Notes: generated by a model not told the origin, from the sequence alone. 64,000 bases of DNA from an uncultured Thermoanaerobaculia bacterium (GCA_964565045.1 CAZMED010000001.1:169-64168), one strand, 5' to 3'; shown: positions 26,545-35,834, counted from the stretch's first letter. A program made the numbers and translations.

Positions 26545-27429
26545 ATGCGGCTGATGTTGCTCACCGCGCGCCCGGACCTGGCGATCAACCGTCGCTTCGC
26601 CGAAGCCGCCAACGCTTCCGGCATCGAGCTCGAGACGGTCGACGTGGCGACGCTCTGCGCCGCGTTCGGAGGCGGGGCGTGCCTGGTCGGCCCGCACGCG
26701 CCGCGGACCCTGCCCGAGGCGGCGCTCGCCCGGGTGGGGAACTGGCGTCCGGAGAGCGCCCTGGCGGTGCTCGAGGCGCTGGTCGGCCGGGGCGTCCGGA
26801 CCCCCAACCCTCCCGGCGCCATCCGCCGCGGGCGCGACCACTGGGCGACGCTCGAGCTTCTCGACCGCGCCGGGCTGCCGGTGCCCGAGACGATCGCCGG
26901 TTCGGATCCCGAGGTGTTGGCCGCGGCCGCGGCCGATCGCCTCGGGCTGCCGGTCGTGGTCAAGCAGCGGCGCTCGCGGATGGGGGTCGGGGTGATCCGC
27001 TGTGCGACCCGCGATCACCTCGAGGCGGTGCTCGACAGCCTGTGGCGGGTGGGCGACGAGCTCATCGTCCAGCGCTGGATCCCCGGCGGCGACACCAGCC
27101 TCCGCCTGCTGGTGATCGCGGGCTCGGTGGCCGCGGCGATGCGGCTCGAGGCCTCGGCCGGCGAGTGGCGCTCCAACGCTTCCCGCGGAGGCTCCGCCGA
27201 GGCCCACCACCCTTCGGTGTCCGAGACCTCGATCGCCACCGCCGCAGCGTCCGCCCTCGGCCTCCGGCACTGCGGGGTCGACCTCCTCGAGGGCCCGGAT
27301 GGGCCGCTGGTGGTGGAGGTCAACCCGACGCCCGGCTTCCTGCGCCTGGAAGCGGCCACCGGCGTCGACGTGGCCCGCGCCCTGCTCGCCGACACCCGGC
27401 GGCTCGTCGAGCCGACGAACCGGGCGTGA
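26545..27429 (+). CDS. RimK-family ATP-grasp ligase
   Basis: MRLMLLTARPDLAINRRFAEAA..., LPVVVKQRRSRMGVGV, GEWRSNASRGGS, VDLLEGPDGPLVVEVNPTPG. Confidence 0.75.
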   Translation: MRLMLLTARPDLAINRRFAEAANASGIELETVDVATLCAAFGGGACLVGPHAPRTLPEAALARVGNWRPESALAVLEALVGRGVRTPNPPGAIRRGRDHWATLELLDRAGLPVPETIAGSDPEVLAAAAADRLGLPVVVKQRRSRMGVGVIRCATRDHLEAVLDSLWRVGDELIVQRWIPGGDTSLRLLVIAGSVAAAMRLEASAGEWRSNASRGGSAEAHHPSVSETSIATAAASALGLRHCGVDLLEGPDGPLVVEVNPTPGFLRLEAATGVDVARALLADTRRLVEPTNRA

Positions 27430-27503
27430 CGGCGGCCGGTTCGGGGTGTGGTCGCCCAGCGGTCGCGAGCCGGCCGGGTCAGGAGGTCAGTGCGTTGTCG
27501 GGA

Positions 27504-28019
27504 TCAGGTCCCGGCGGGGTCGATCGGCGCGGCTGCCGGGCGTCCGGCGAGCTCGCGATCGATCATCAGCAGGCCGTGCGGGTTCGACTCCACCATCTTC
27601 ACCTGGTGGTACAGCGTGTCGGCGGTCGCCTCCTCCTCCACCTGCTCGTTGACGTACCAGTGCAGCACGACCGTCGTCGCGTGGTCGTTCTCCGAGTTGG
27701 CGAGGTCGACGAGCCGGTTGATCCGCTCGCTGATGTGCTGCTCGTGCTTGAGCACCGCCTCGACCGCGGCCGCCGGCGAGGACCACTCGGACTGGGGGGC
27801 GTCGAGGGCCATCAGCTGCACGGTGCCGCCGCGCTCGTTGAGGTAGTCGAAGAGCTTCATGGCGTGCCCGAACTCCTCCTGGGCCTGGATCCGCATCCAG
27901 TGGGCGAACCCGTCGAGGTGCAGCTTGGTGAAGAATGCGGCCACCGACAGGTAGAGGTAGAAGGAGAAGAACTCGGCGTGAATCTGCTCGTTGAGACCTT
28001 GCTCGACCTTGGCTTTCAT
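27504..28019 (-). CDS. Ferritin (non-haem, Ftn-like)
   Basis: MKAKVEQGLNEQIHAEFFSFYLYLSVAAFF..., di-iron ExxH QAQEEFGHAMK, and WYVNEQVEEE. Confidence 0.88.
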   Translation of the reverse strand: MKAKVEQGLNEQIHAEFFSFYLYLSVAAFFTKLHLDGFAHWMRIQAQEEFGHAMKLFDYLNERGGTVQLMALDAPQSEWSSPAAAVEAVLKHEQHISERINRLVDLANSENDHATTVVLHWYVNEQVEEEATADTLYHQVKMVESNPHGLLMIDRELAGRPAAAPIDPAGT

Positions 28020-28133
28020 GGGTGGGTTCCTTTCGCTTGACGCGCCCGGATGTCGGGCCGCGCCGGACATCGACGTCAGTATAACGTGCCGCCGCCGCTC
28101 TGTATGCCAGCCTGTGACGGCTCGTGCCGCGCC

Positions 28134-29033
28134 TCAGTCGCGGCCGGGAAAGGAACGGGGCGCGATCCACGGGCGGATGTTGTTGAAGTCGGAAGGCTCT
28201 GCCCAGAGCAGACCGGCCGCACGGCCATCCGCGAGCGGCCGCCCGGCGCCCCACAGCACGGCGCCCGCCAGCACGATCGTGACGGCCAGAAAGGCCGCGC
28301 CGCGCGCGCTCGGCGGCTGCATCCGACACACCGACGGCGCCGGGTATCGGAACCATGCCAGGATCAGGACCGCTGCGACCGGGACCGCGAGAGCGGCCAG
28401 GCTGCGCCCTCGGGTCTCGCCGCCGAGGATCGTGGCCAGGGCCGCCCAGGTCGCCGCCGGCAGCACGAGATGGGCCGCCACCAGCGCCGCGCGGCGGACG
28501 CGGCCGAGATTCGGCGTGCGCCTGCGGGCGAGCTCGAGAAGCCGGACGGCCGGCGCCAGCGCGACGGCGGCGGCGGCGAGAGGCGCCGCCCACAAGGCGG
28601 CGGCGGGCAACCGCTGCAGGGCGAGCCAGCGCACGAGGTGCCCGTCGTCCGCGTCGAGCAGCGGCAGCCAGGCGCCTGCGACCACCGCCGCCGCCCACGC
28701 CGCCTGCAGGACCGTCAGCTCGACGGTCCAGGTTCGCGACCGCGGCCGCAGCGCCATGAGGACCACCGCCGCCACCAACGGCAGCAGCCACGAGCCCCAC
28801 CAGTATCCGAAGGCCCGGGGCAGCGACGCGAAGTTGAGGACCGGCTGGTTGACCAGGGCCCACACCTGGCGGTCGATGGGCAGGCTGAGCCCGATCCAGG
28901 CGCAGCCGCCGAGGACCGCGCCCAGCCCCTGGCCCGCGGCGGCCAGAACCAGGGTCGACGGGAAGGCTGCGGCGGCCGCCAGCCACGACACGACGATCAC
29001 CTGGGGCGCGCCCGGACCCGCTTCGGTGGACAT
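28134..29033 (-). CDS. Hypothetical polytopic membrane protein
   Basis: 299 aa with multiple hydrophobic helices rich in Ala/Leu/Trp. Start guessed at MSTEAG (complement 29031-29033). No family recognised. Confidence 0.5.
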   Translation of the reverse strand: MSTEAGPGAPQVIVVSWLAAAAAFPSTLVLAAAGQGLGAVLGGCAWIGLSLPIDRQVWALVNQPVLNFASLPRAFGYWWGSWLLPLVAAVVLMALRPRSRTWTVELTVLQAAWAAAVVAGAWLPLLDADDGHLVRWLALQRLPAAALWAAPLAAAAVALAPAVRLLELARRRTPNLGRVRRAALVAAHLVLPAATWAALATILGGETRGRSLAALAVPVAAVLILAWFRYPAPSVCRMQPPSARGAAFLAVTIVLAGAVLWGAGRPLADGRAAGLLWAEPSDFNNIRPWIAPRSFPGRD

Positions 29034-29061
29034 CGGCCGGCATGCTACCATGCCCCCCGCT

Positions 29062-31050
29062 ATGAAGGTGCAAGGCACGTGGCTGCAGTGTTTTCTTTGC
29101 CTCCTGGCGGTCGGAGGCTGGCTCGCGCCGCCGCTCCAGGCGCAGACCCTGCACCTCGAACGCCTGGGCAACGGCACCGAGCTCGTGCTGATCGGGCAAC
29201 CGCTCGCCGATGCCACCACCGTGGTCTGGCCGGGCCTCGCGGCGGACGGCGGACGGCCGCGGGTGGTGGTCGGAGGCGCCTTGACCCTGGTTGCGGACCT
29301 CGAGGCCGCGATGGGCGGCCTGGCTGCGGCGCCTCCGGTGGTGGTCGCCGTCGGCGCGTCCCCGACGCTCGACCTCCGCGGGGCCCTCGAACGCCTGGCG
29401 CCCGAAGGTCCGCCGTCGGCGCCATCGCGGCCATCCCGGCGGCTCGTCGACGAAGGCCGCATCGAACGCCGCCTGGGACCGCCCGGGTCGGATGTCGAGA
29501 TCCGCCTCGAGGTCAACCTGCCGCCGTCGGAAGATCCGCTTCGGACCCCGGTCGAAGTGCTGTGGGACATTCTGCCGGAAGCCCTGTCGACCGAGCTCGC
29601 CGGCCTGCGGACCCGGGTCGACGGGGGTCTCGGGGTGCTCGAGGCGCGAGCCCGGGCGGCCGACGTGGACATGACCCTGCGCCGCCTGCGGTTCGGCCTC
29701 GCGGCGATCGCCGGCAACCCGAGCCTTCAGCCCGACATGATCGAGGCCGCCGCCGAGCGCCTCGTGGTTCGGCGGCGGGCGGCGCTCGAGCGTCACCCCG
29801 AGGCCGCGCTCGGAGTCCTCGATCTGTGGCTCGAGGGTGGGGCGGCCGCGGTGCGCGAGTTTCTGTTCGGCGGCGACGGGGTGACGGTCGCCAGCGTTCA
29901 GGAGGCGGCCCGGGCGTGGCTGCCGCAGCACCCGGGTGCCGCGGTCGTGGTCCTGCCTCCGCAGGCCTTCAACCCCCGCTTCGCGTCGCCGCCGGTGGTG
30001 GTGCAGCTCGAAAGCGGGCTCACGGCCGCGGTGCTGGAGCGGCCGGGCTCGCAGCTCGCCACCGCCTGCCTGCGGCCCGTGGTGGTGCCCGACCTCGACG
30101 ACGATGCCGCGGCGGCCATCCTCACCAGGGTCGCCGCCGAGCTCCGCGGCCTCGCCGAGCGGCCGGGCTCGGTGGAGGTGCGGACGGCGCCGTCGCGTCT
30201 CGAGCTGGCGGCCTCTCCGCAGGCCTTCGCCGAGATGTTGGAGTCGCTCCGAAGGGCCCTGGCTGCCGTCGCTGCCGACGAGCAGCCCGTGGCGCTGGGA
30301 CCGGGGGACGCCCGACGGCGGGCGCTGCACCTGGCGGCCGGTCTGCTCGGCGTGGCCGACGGCGCGGTCCTGTCACCCTCCGCCCTTCTGCGGTGGGACA
30401 ACCTCGCCCTCGGCGTGGTGGTCGAGGATGAGGAGACCGCGATCGAGGCGGTGCGGAAGTTCTGGGCCTTCGACAGCGCGCACGCCGGCGCCTCCGTTCG
30501 GATGCTGGCGCCGGTCCCACCCACCCGGGAGGCGGTCGCCGGCTCGTCCTCGACCGTGGTGGTGGCGCTCGACCTCGATGGGGTGGCGGGCGAGGCCGAC
30601 CGCCGGGTGGTGGCGGAAATCCTCGCGCGCCGCGGTGCGGCCCTGTTTTCCGAGCACTCGTTCGAGGTGCTGCGACCCTTCGTGCCGGGACGGAGGGGGC
30701 TGCTCGTCGTGGTTTCGGCCGCGGCTCCGGTCGAGGCGATCGAGCGGATGCTGCGCAAGGCCTGGTCCGAGCTGACCCGTGCCCCCGGTGCGCAGGAGAT
30801 CGAGGGGCTGCGTCGCGAGGTGGCGGCGGCGGACTCCGCGTTCTGGAGCGGCGCCTCGGGCCGCGCCCGCCGGTGCGCCGCGGTGGCCGTCGGCGAGGCG
30901 GGCTGGCGGCCGGCTGCCGATATGGAGCTGGCGGTTCTCTCGCTGCCCTTGGAGCAGCTCGAGGCCGTCTTCGAAAGCCTCCGCGAGCTGGAGGCGATGC
31001 CGCTGACCGCGGCCGGTCTGCTGCCGATCGTCGAATCCGACGCGCGCTAG
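29062..31050 (+). CDS. Secreted protein with weak M16 (pitrilysin)-like pattern and no HxxEH zinc motif
   Basis: Signal peptide MKVQGTWLQCFLCLLAVGGWLAPPLQA, then LERLGNGTELVLI (an M16-type opening strand). No HxxEH anywhere in the first 150 aa. The 662-aa frame has consistent GC3. Confidence 0.45.
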   Translation: MKVQGTWLQCFLCLLAVGGWLAPPLQAQTLHLERLGNGTELVLIGQPLADATTVVWPGLAADGGRPRVVVGGALTLVADLEAAMGGLAAAPPVVVAVGASPTLDLRGALERLAPEGPPSAPSRPSRRLVDEGRIERRLGPPGSDVEIRLEVNLPPSEDPLRTPVEVLWDILPEALSTELAGLRTRVDGGLGVLEARARAADVDMTLRRLRFGLAAIAGNPSLQPDMIEAAAERLVVRRRAALERHPEAALGVLDLWLEGGAAAVREFLFGGDGVTVASVQEAARAWLPQHPGAAVVVLPPQAFNPRFASPPVVVQLESGLTAAVLERPGSQLATACLRPVVVPDLDDDAAAAILTRVAAELRGLAERPGSVEVRTAPSRLELAASPQAFAEMLESLRRALAAVAADEQPVALGPGDARRRALHLAAGLLGVADGAVLSPSALLRWDNLALGVVVEDEETAIEAVRKFWAFDSAHAGASVRMLAPVPPTREAVAGSSSTVVVALDLDGVAGEADRRVVAEILARRGAALFSEHSFEVLRPFVPGRRGLLVVVSAAAPVEAIERMLRKAWSELTRAPGAQEIEGLRREVAAADSAFWSGASGRARRCAAVAVGEAGWRPAADMELAVLSLPLEQLEAVFESLRELEAMPLTAAGLLPIVESDAR

Positions 31051-31076
31051 GGCCGCGCGCCGCCTGGGAGGCGCTG

Positions 31077-32315
31077 GTGATCGATCTCGATGTCGATGAG
31101 CAACTGAAGTACCTGACCAAGGGCTGCGTCGACGTGGTGCCCGAGGAGCAGCTGGCCGACAAGCTGCGGCGGGCGCGGGACGGTGGCAGGAAGCTGGTGG
31201 TCAAGGTCGGGTTCGACCCATCGGCGCCCGACCTCCACCTCGGGCACACGGTGGTGATCCGCAAGATGCGCCACTTCCAGCAGCTCGGGCACACCGTCGT
31301 CTTCCTCATCGGCGACTTCACCGGGCTCATCGGCGACCCGACCGGCAAGAAGAGCACCCGCCCGCAGCTCACGCCGGCCGAGATCGAGGCCAATGCCGCC
31401 ACCTACAAGCGCCAGATCTTCAAGCTCCTCGACCCGCAGACCACCGTCATCGACTTCAACTCGCGGTGGCTCGGCGCGCTCAGCTCGGCTGACTGGATCC
31501 GTCTCGCGGCCAAGGTGACGGTGGCGCAGATGCTGGAGCGCGATGACTTCCGCACCCGCTACGAGTCCCAACAGCCGATCGCCCTGCACGAGTTTCTCTA
31601 CCCCCTCGCCCAGGGCTACGACTCGGTGGCGCTCGAGGCCGACGTCGAGCTCGGCGGCACCGACCAGCTCTTCAACCTCCTCGTCGGGCGCCACCTGATG
31701 CGCGAGCACGGCCTCGAGCCGCAGATCGTGATGACGCTGCCGCTGCTCGAGGGCCTCGACGGCGTCGAGAAGATGTCCAAGTCGCTCGGCAACTACGTCG
31801 CGGTCGAGGACCCGCCGGCCGAGATGTTCGGCAAGCTGATGTCGATCTCCGACGAGCTGATGTGGAAGTACTGGCTGCTGCTCAGCGACCGCACGGAAAC
31901 CGAGATCACTGATCTGCGCCGGGCGGTCGATGCCGGCGACCGCCACCCGATGGAGGTCAAGAAGGAGCTCGCGGGTCTGCTGGTGGCGGAGTTCCACTCC
32001 GCCGATGACGCAGAAGCCGCCCGCGTCGAGTTCGAGCGGGTCTTCGGCGGCGGCCAGCTGCCGCAGGACATCCCGGAGCTCGAGCTGGTGGCCCGGAGCG
32101 AGACGGCGCCGCTGGCCAGGGTCCTTGTGGAGGCCGGCCTGGCGGCGTCGAATTCGGAGGCGCGGCGCCTCATCCAGCAGGGAGGCGTCAAGGTCGAGGG
32201 CGAGCAGGTGACCGACATCAAGGCCGAGGTCGGGACCGTCGCGGTTTCCGGCCATCCGGTTCTCGTCCAGGTCGGCAAACGCCGCATCGCCCGGGTCCGC
32301 TTCACGCGCGGGTGA
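31077..32315 (+). CDS. tyrS: Tyrosine--tRNA ligase
   Basis: HIGH motif DLHLGHTV, KMSKS motif EKMSKSLGN, and a C-terminal S4-like domain. GTG 31077 is preceded by GGGAGG. Confidence 0.93.
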   Translation: MIDLDVDEQLKYLTKGCVDVVPEEQLADKLRRARDGGRKLVVKVGFDPSAPDLHLGHTVVIRKMRHFQQLGHTVVFLIGDFTGLIGDPTGKKSTRPQLTPAEIEANAATYKRQIFKLLDPQTTVIDFNSRWLGALSSADWIRLAAKVTVAQMLERDDFRTRYESQQPIALHEFLYPLAQGYDSVALEADVELGGTDQLFNLLVGRHLMREHGLEPQIVMTLPLLEGLDGVEKMSKSLGNYVAVEDPPAEMFGKLMSISDELMWKYWLLLSDRTETEITDLRRAVDAGDRHPMEVKKELAGLLVAEFHSADDAEAARVEFERVFGGGQLPQDIPELELVARSETAPLARVLVEAGLAASNSEARRLIQQGGVKVEGEQVTDIKAEVGTVAVSGHPVLVQVGKRRIARVRFTRG

Positions 32316-32326
32316 CCGCCGGGCGC

Positions 32327-32357
32327 AAAAAAACCCGCTCTGACGAGCGGGTTTCGG
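32327..32357. terminator. Bidirectional rho-independent terminator between tyrS and fur
   Basis: A perfect 10-bp stem AAACCCGCTC (32331-32340) / GAGCGGGTTT (32345-32354) with a 4-nt loop, an A-run on the left and a T-run on the right. Confidence 0.8.
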
Positions 32358-32374
32358 GTGGTCGAGACGCCGGA

Positions 32375-32842
32375 TCAGAAGAACGAGGTGTTCTGCTCGA
32401 CCTTCTGGCCCTCCTCGCTCAGGCCCTGGATCTGGATCGAGATGAAGGTCGGCCGGAACTTGTGGTCCTGGCACAGCCGCCGCAGCCGCTCATCGAGCTC
32501 GGCGTCCCAGAACTCGATGATCTTGCCGGTGGCTGTGCACACCATGTGGTGGTGGCCGCCGCCCGGCTCCATCTTCTCGTAGTAGTAGTGCTCGCGCCCG
32601 AGGCGGCTCTTGCGCACCAGCCCGCACTGCACCAGCAGGTCGAGGGTGCGGTAGACCGTGGCCCGCGACACCTTGCGCTGCTTGGACTTCATGCGCGCCA
32701 GCAGATCGTCGGCGTCGAGATGCTCGTCGGTGGCGAAGATCTCGTCCAGCAGCGCGAGGCGCTCCTGCGTCACCTTGAGGTTGTTCTCGCGCAGATATTG
32801 GATGAAAAGCTTCTGTGCCCGCTGTGCCAGTTTACTGCTCAT
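32375..32842 (-). CDS. fur: Fur-family transcriptional regulator
   Basis: RATVYRTLDLLVQCGLV (wHTH) and a HHHMVC metal-site region; 155 aa. Confidence 0.88.
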   Translation of the reverse strand: MSSKLAQRAQKLFIQYLRENNLKVTQERLALLDEIFATDEHLDADDLLARMKSKQRKVSRATVYRTLDLLVQCGLVRKSRLGREHYYYEKMEPGGGHHHMVCTATGKIIEFWDAELDERLRRLCQDHKFRPTFISIQIQGLSEEGQKVEQNTSFF

Positions 32843-33180
32843 AGCATTAATCCAGTCTCATTATCACCGTCTCAACCTAAGGTACTGTCGATGCGACGTT
32901 GTGTCAAGAGGAAGCGGAGCGGATTTTTCCGCCGGCGCGAAAAACACGCTGTTTGGGGCGACGGTCGCGCGCAAGCGGTGCGAACGCCCGACGCCAACAT
33001 GTGCGCGTTTGCTCACACTTAAGTATTTGCTTCGAGCACTTTACCGGGTGATGATGGGGATGATACCTTGTCGCGCACCCCTTCCTCCGTGCGGCCGGCC
33101 TTCGCCGGCGCCGACGAGAAGGGCGGGGTCGCCCGCAGGGGCACGACGGCGCCGGCTCAGAGCCGGCCGGGAGGCGAGGC

Positions 33181-34719
33181 ATGGACTATCCACTCTGGGA
33201 CCTCGCGATGGGCGGTGGCGTGCTGATGGCCCTGGTGGCGATTCCGCACGTCATCGTGGCCCACTTCGCCATCGGCGGAGGTTTGGTGATCGTGGTCGCC
33301 GAGTCCCTGTCGGTTGCTCGCGGCGACGCCGCGCTGCGGGACCTCGCGCGGCGCTCGTCGCTGATGCTGATCCTGGTGTCGACGGTCTTCGGCGCGATCT
33401 CCGGGGTCGGGATCTGGGTGGTGGCGGGGCTGATCTCGCCGGCCGCCATCTCGGCCCTGATCCACACCTTCGTCTGGGGGTGGGCCATCGAGTGGGTGTT
33501 CTTCATTCTCGAGATCGTCGCCGCGCTGATCTACTACACCACCTGGGACCGGATCTCGAAGGGCGCCCACCTCATGGTCGGCTGGCTCTACGTCGTCGGC
33601 GCCTTCATGTCCCTGGTGGTCATCAACGGCATCATCACCTTCATGCTCACGCCCGGAAGCTGGCTTCAGACCGGGGCCTTCTGGGACGGCTTCTTCAACC
33701 CGACCTACTGGCCGTCCCTGGTGCTGCGCACCGGTATCGCCCTGCTGATGGCGACGGTGTTCATGGTCTTCGTGGCGCTCGGGACGACCGCGGCGCGGCG
33801 CGCCTCCGTGCTCCGCTACCTGGGTGGTTGGCTGGTCGCCGGCGCGCTCATCGCCTACGCGGGGTACCGGTGGTGGGAGGCGGCGCTTCCCGACACGGCG
33901 CGCGCCCTGTTCGCCCAGCCGGCGCCGGCCCTGAGCGGCCTTGCGGCGACGCGCAGCCTCACGCTGTGGGCGCTGGCGGTGGCGCTCGTCGGCGGGTCCC
34001 TGATCCTGATCGCCGCGCCGAAGCTCGCGCACGCCCTCACCGCCGTCATCGTGGCCCTGGCCGCGTTCACGTTCTTCGGGGGCTACGAGCGGCTGCGCGA
34101 GGGCATCCGCAAGCCCTTTCTGATCCACAGCCACCTGTTCTCGAACGGGCTCCTCGTGCGCGACATCCCGCGCCTCAACGAGTCCGGGGTCGTCGCGCAT
34201 TCCGGATGGTCGGCACGAGCGAGCGCCGACGACGGCGACGTCGGGCGCCAGGTCTTCCGCACCCAGTGCTCGAGCTGCCACACCCTCGACGGCTATCAGA
34301 GCATCCGCCGTGCGCTGCCGAGCTTCGACGACCTGCTGGCGGTGGTCGCGGCGGACTCGGCGGAAGCAGCCGAACCCGCGTACCGTGCCGAGTGCGGCGC
34401 CTGCCATTCGGACGCCACGGCCGCCGAGATGCGCGAGATGCTGCCGTCCGCCGAGGAGATGCGGGAAGACCCGGAGATGATCCACGACCTCAACCACGGC
34501 ATGATCTACGGCACCGTGTCCCTCCTCCAGGAGATGGGGGCCGCCTACGAGGCCGCCCCCAGCGGGCAGATGATCGACACCTCCGAGCTCCACTCGTCCT
34601 ACATGCCGCCTTTCGTCGGCACCGACGAGGAGCTCGAAGCCCTGGTCGAGTACCTGGCGGCGCTGTCCAGGGGTGACGACCTGAGGGCGCAGCGCGCGCC
34701 CGCGGGAGGTACCTCATGA
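33181..34719 (+). CDS. Cytochrome bd subunit-I-like (CydA-family) membrane protein with C-terminal di-haem cytochrome c module
   Basis: N-terminal polytopic region with CydA-like features (AIPHVIVAHFAIGGG, WGWAIEWVFFILEIV). There are two CxxCH motifs: CSSCH (34267-34281) and CGACH (34393-34407). Confidence 0.65.
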   Translation: MDYPLWDLAMGGGVLMALVAIPHVIVAHFAIGGGLVIVVAESLSVARGDAALRDLARRSSLMLILVSTVFGAISGVGIWVVAGLISPAAISALIHTFVWGWAIEWVFFILEIVAALIYYTTWDRISKGAHLMVGWLYVVGAFMSLVVINGIITFMLTPGSWLQTGAFWDGFFNPTYWPSLVLRTGIALLMATVFMVFVALGTTAARRASVLRYLGGWLVAGALIAYAGYRWWEAALPDTARALFAQPAPALSGLAATRSLTLWALAVALVGGSLILIAAPKLAHALTAVIVALAAFTFFGGYERLREGIRKPFLIHSHLFSNGLLVRDIPRLNESGVVAHSGWSARASADDGDVGRQVFRTQCSSCHTLDGYQSIRRALPSFDDLLAVVAADSAEAAEPAYRAECGACHSDATAAEMREMLPSAEEMREDPEMIHDLNHGMIYGTVSLLQEMGAAYEAAPSGQMIDTSELHSSYMPPFVGTDEELEALVEYLAALSRGDDLRAQRAPAGGTS

Positions 34720-35834
34720 GCCCCGACCTCATCCCGGCGCTTGACGCCGCCGGTCTCCCCGGTCCGCCGTGGCTCTTTCACGTCCTGCTGGTGTTCACCT
34801 TCTTCCTCCACCTGGTGTTCGTGAACCTGACCCTCGGGGGCACCCTGCTGGCGGCGGTCGCCCACCTGCAGAGCGGCGGGCGCCGCGAGGACTTCCGCGG
34901 CGTCCTCTCCGGGCGCCTGATGGCGGTCAACAACTACGGCATCTCGCTCACCATCACCACCGGGGTCGCGCCGCTGCTCTTCATCCAACTGCTCTACCAG
35001 CAGTACTTCTACACTGCGACCATCCTCATCGCCTGGTTCTGGCTCTCATTGCTCGCCCTGCTCACCGTCGGCTACTACACGGCCTATCTCTACAAGTTCC
35101 GCGGCGCCCCGGCGCGCGGCCACGGCGGCGGCCTGTGGCTTGGTATGTCGGCGCTGATGTTCTTCCTGATCGCGATGATCCACGTCGCGGTGCACCTGAT
35201 CCACGCCCAGCCGCAGCGCTGGGCCGACGTCGCCGGTGGGAGCTGGAACGTGCTCGCCGATCCCACCTACGTGCCGCGCCTCCTGCACTTCGTGCTCGCC
35301 GGCCTCGGCTTCGCGGCCCTCGTGGCCACATGGTGGGCGGTACGCCGCGCCGCTGATGGCGTGGACGCGGACACCAACGCCGCGATCGCCCGCTGGGGCT
35401 GGAGGTGGGCGCTGTGGACGACCGTCCTGCAGGTGGTCGACGGCTTCGTGCTGCTCGCTCTGCTGCCGCCGCCGGTCCTGCGTGGGGTGATGGTCGGCGG
35501 TGCGGCGACCCTGGTCCCGCTCGGGCTCGCGATCCTGCTCGGCATCGGGCTGCTGATGATGCTCGCGCGCAGTGCCGACCCGGTGCGGCATCCGGCGCTG
35601 GTCGGCGGCGCGCTCGGCGCCATGGTGCTGGCGATCGCCGTCATGAGCCTCACCCGCCACCAGGTCCGGGCCCTCTACCTGGAGCCCTTCACCTCGCAGT
35701 CCACCCACGTCGTGACCTCTCAGTGGGGCACCTTCGGGCTCTTCGTGGTGATCCTGGCCGCCGGTCTGGCGACCGTCGGGTACATGGTGCGGCGGGTCCT
35801 GACCTCGCCCGCCGACGGGGCCGACGCGGCGTAG
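34716..35834 (+). CDS. Polytopic membrane protein, probable partner subunit of the CydA-like protein
   Basis: 372 aa with ~9 hydrophobic helices. ATGA overlap with the upstream gene suggests translational coupling. No family recognised. Confidence 0.55.
   Translation: MSPDLIPALDAAGLPGPPWLFHVLLVFTFFLHLVFVNLTLGGTLLAAVAHLQSGGRREDFRGVLSGRLMAVNNYGISLTITTGVAPLLFIQLLYQQYFYTATILIAWFWLSLLALLTVGYYTAYLYKFRGAPARGHGGGLWLGMSALMFFLIAMIHVAVHLIHAQPQRWADVAGGSWNVLADPTYVPRLLHFVLAGLGFAALVATWWAVRRAADGVDADTNAAIARWGWRWALWTTVLQVVDGFVLLALLPPPVLRGVMVGGAATLVPLGLAILLGIGLLMMLARSADPVRHPALVGGALGAMVLAIAVMSLTRHQVRALYLEPFTSQSTHVVTSQWGTFGLFVVILAAGLATVGYMVRRVLTSPADGADAA

Noticed and set aside
27991-29061. A 357-codon N-terminal extension of the M16-like ORF (1019 aa in the track)
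   Set aside because: It overlaps the ferritin and membrane-protein genes on the other strand and has an Arg/Ala-rich composition. A signal peptide begins at the internal Met (29062).
27487-30330. A 947-aa minus ORF, the overlapping 915-aa (25293-28040) and 793-aa (28050-30431) plus ORFs, and the 732-aa minus ORF 25072-27270
   Set aside because: Same reasoning: Arg/Pro/Gly-rich, and overlapping frames that encode ferritin, RimK-like, DUF4388 and signal-peptide proteins with sensible composition and RBSs.
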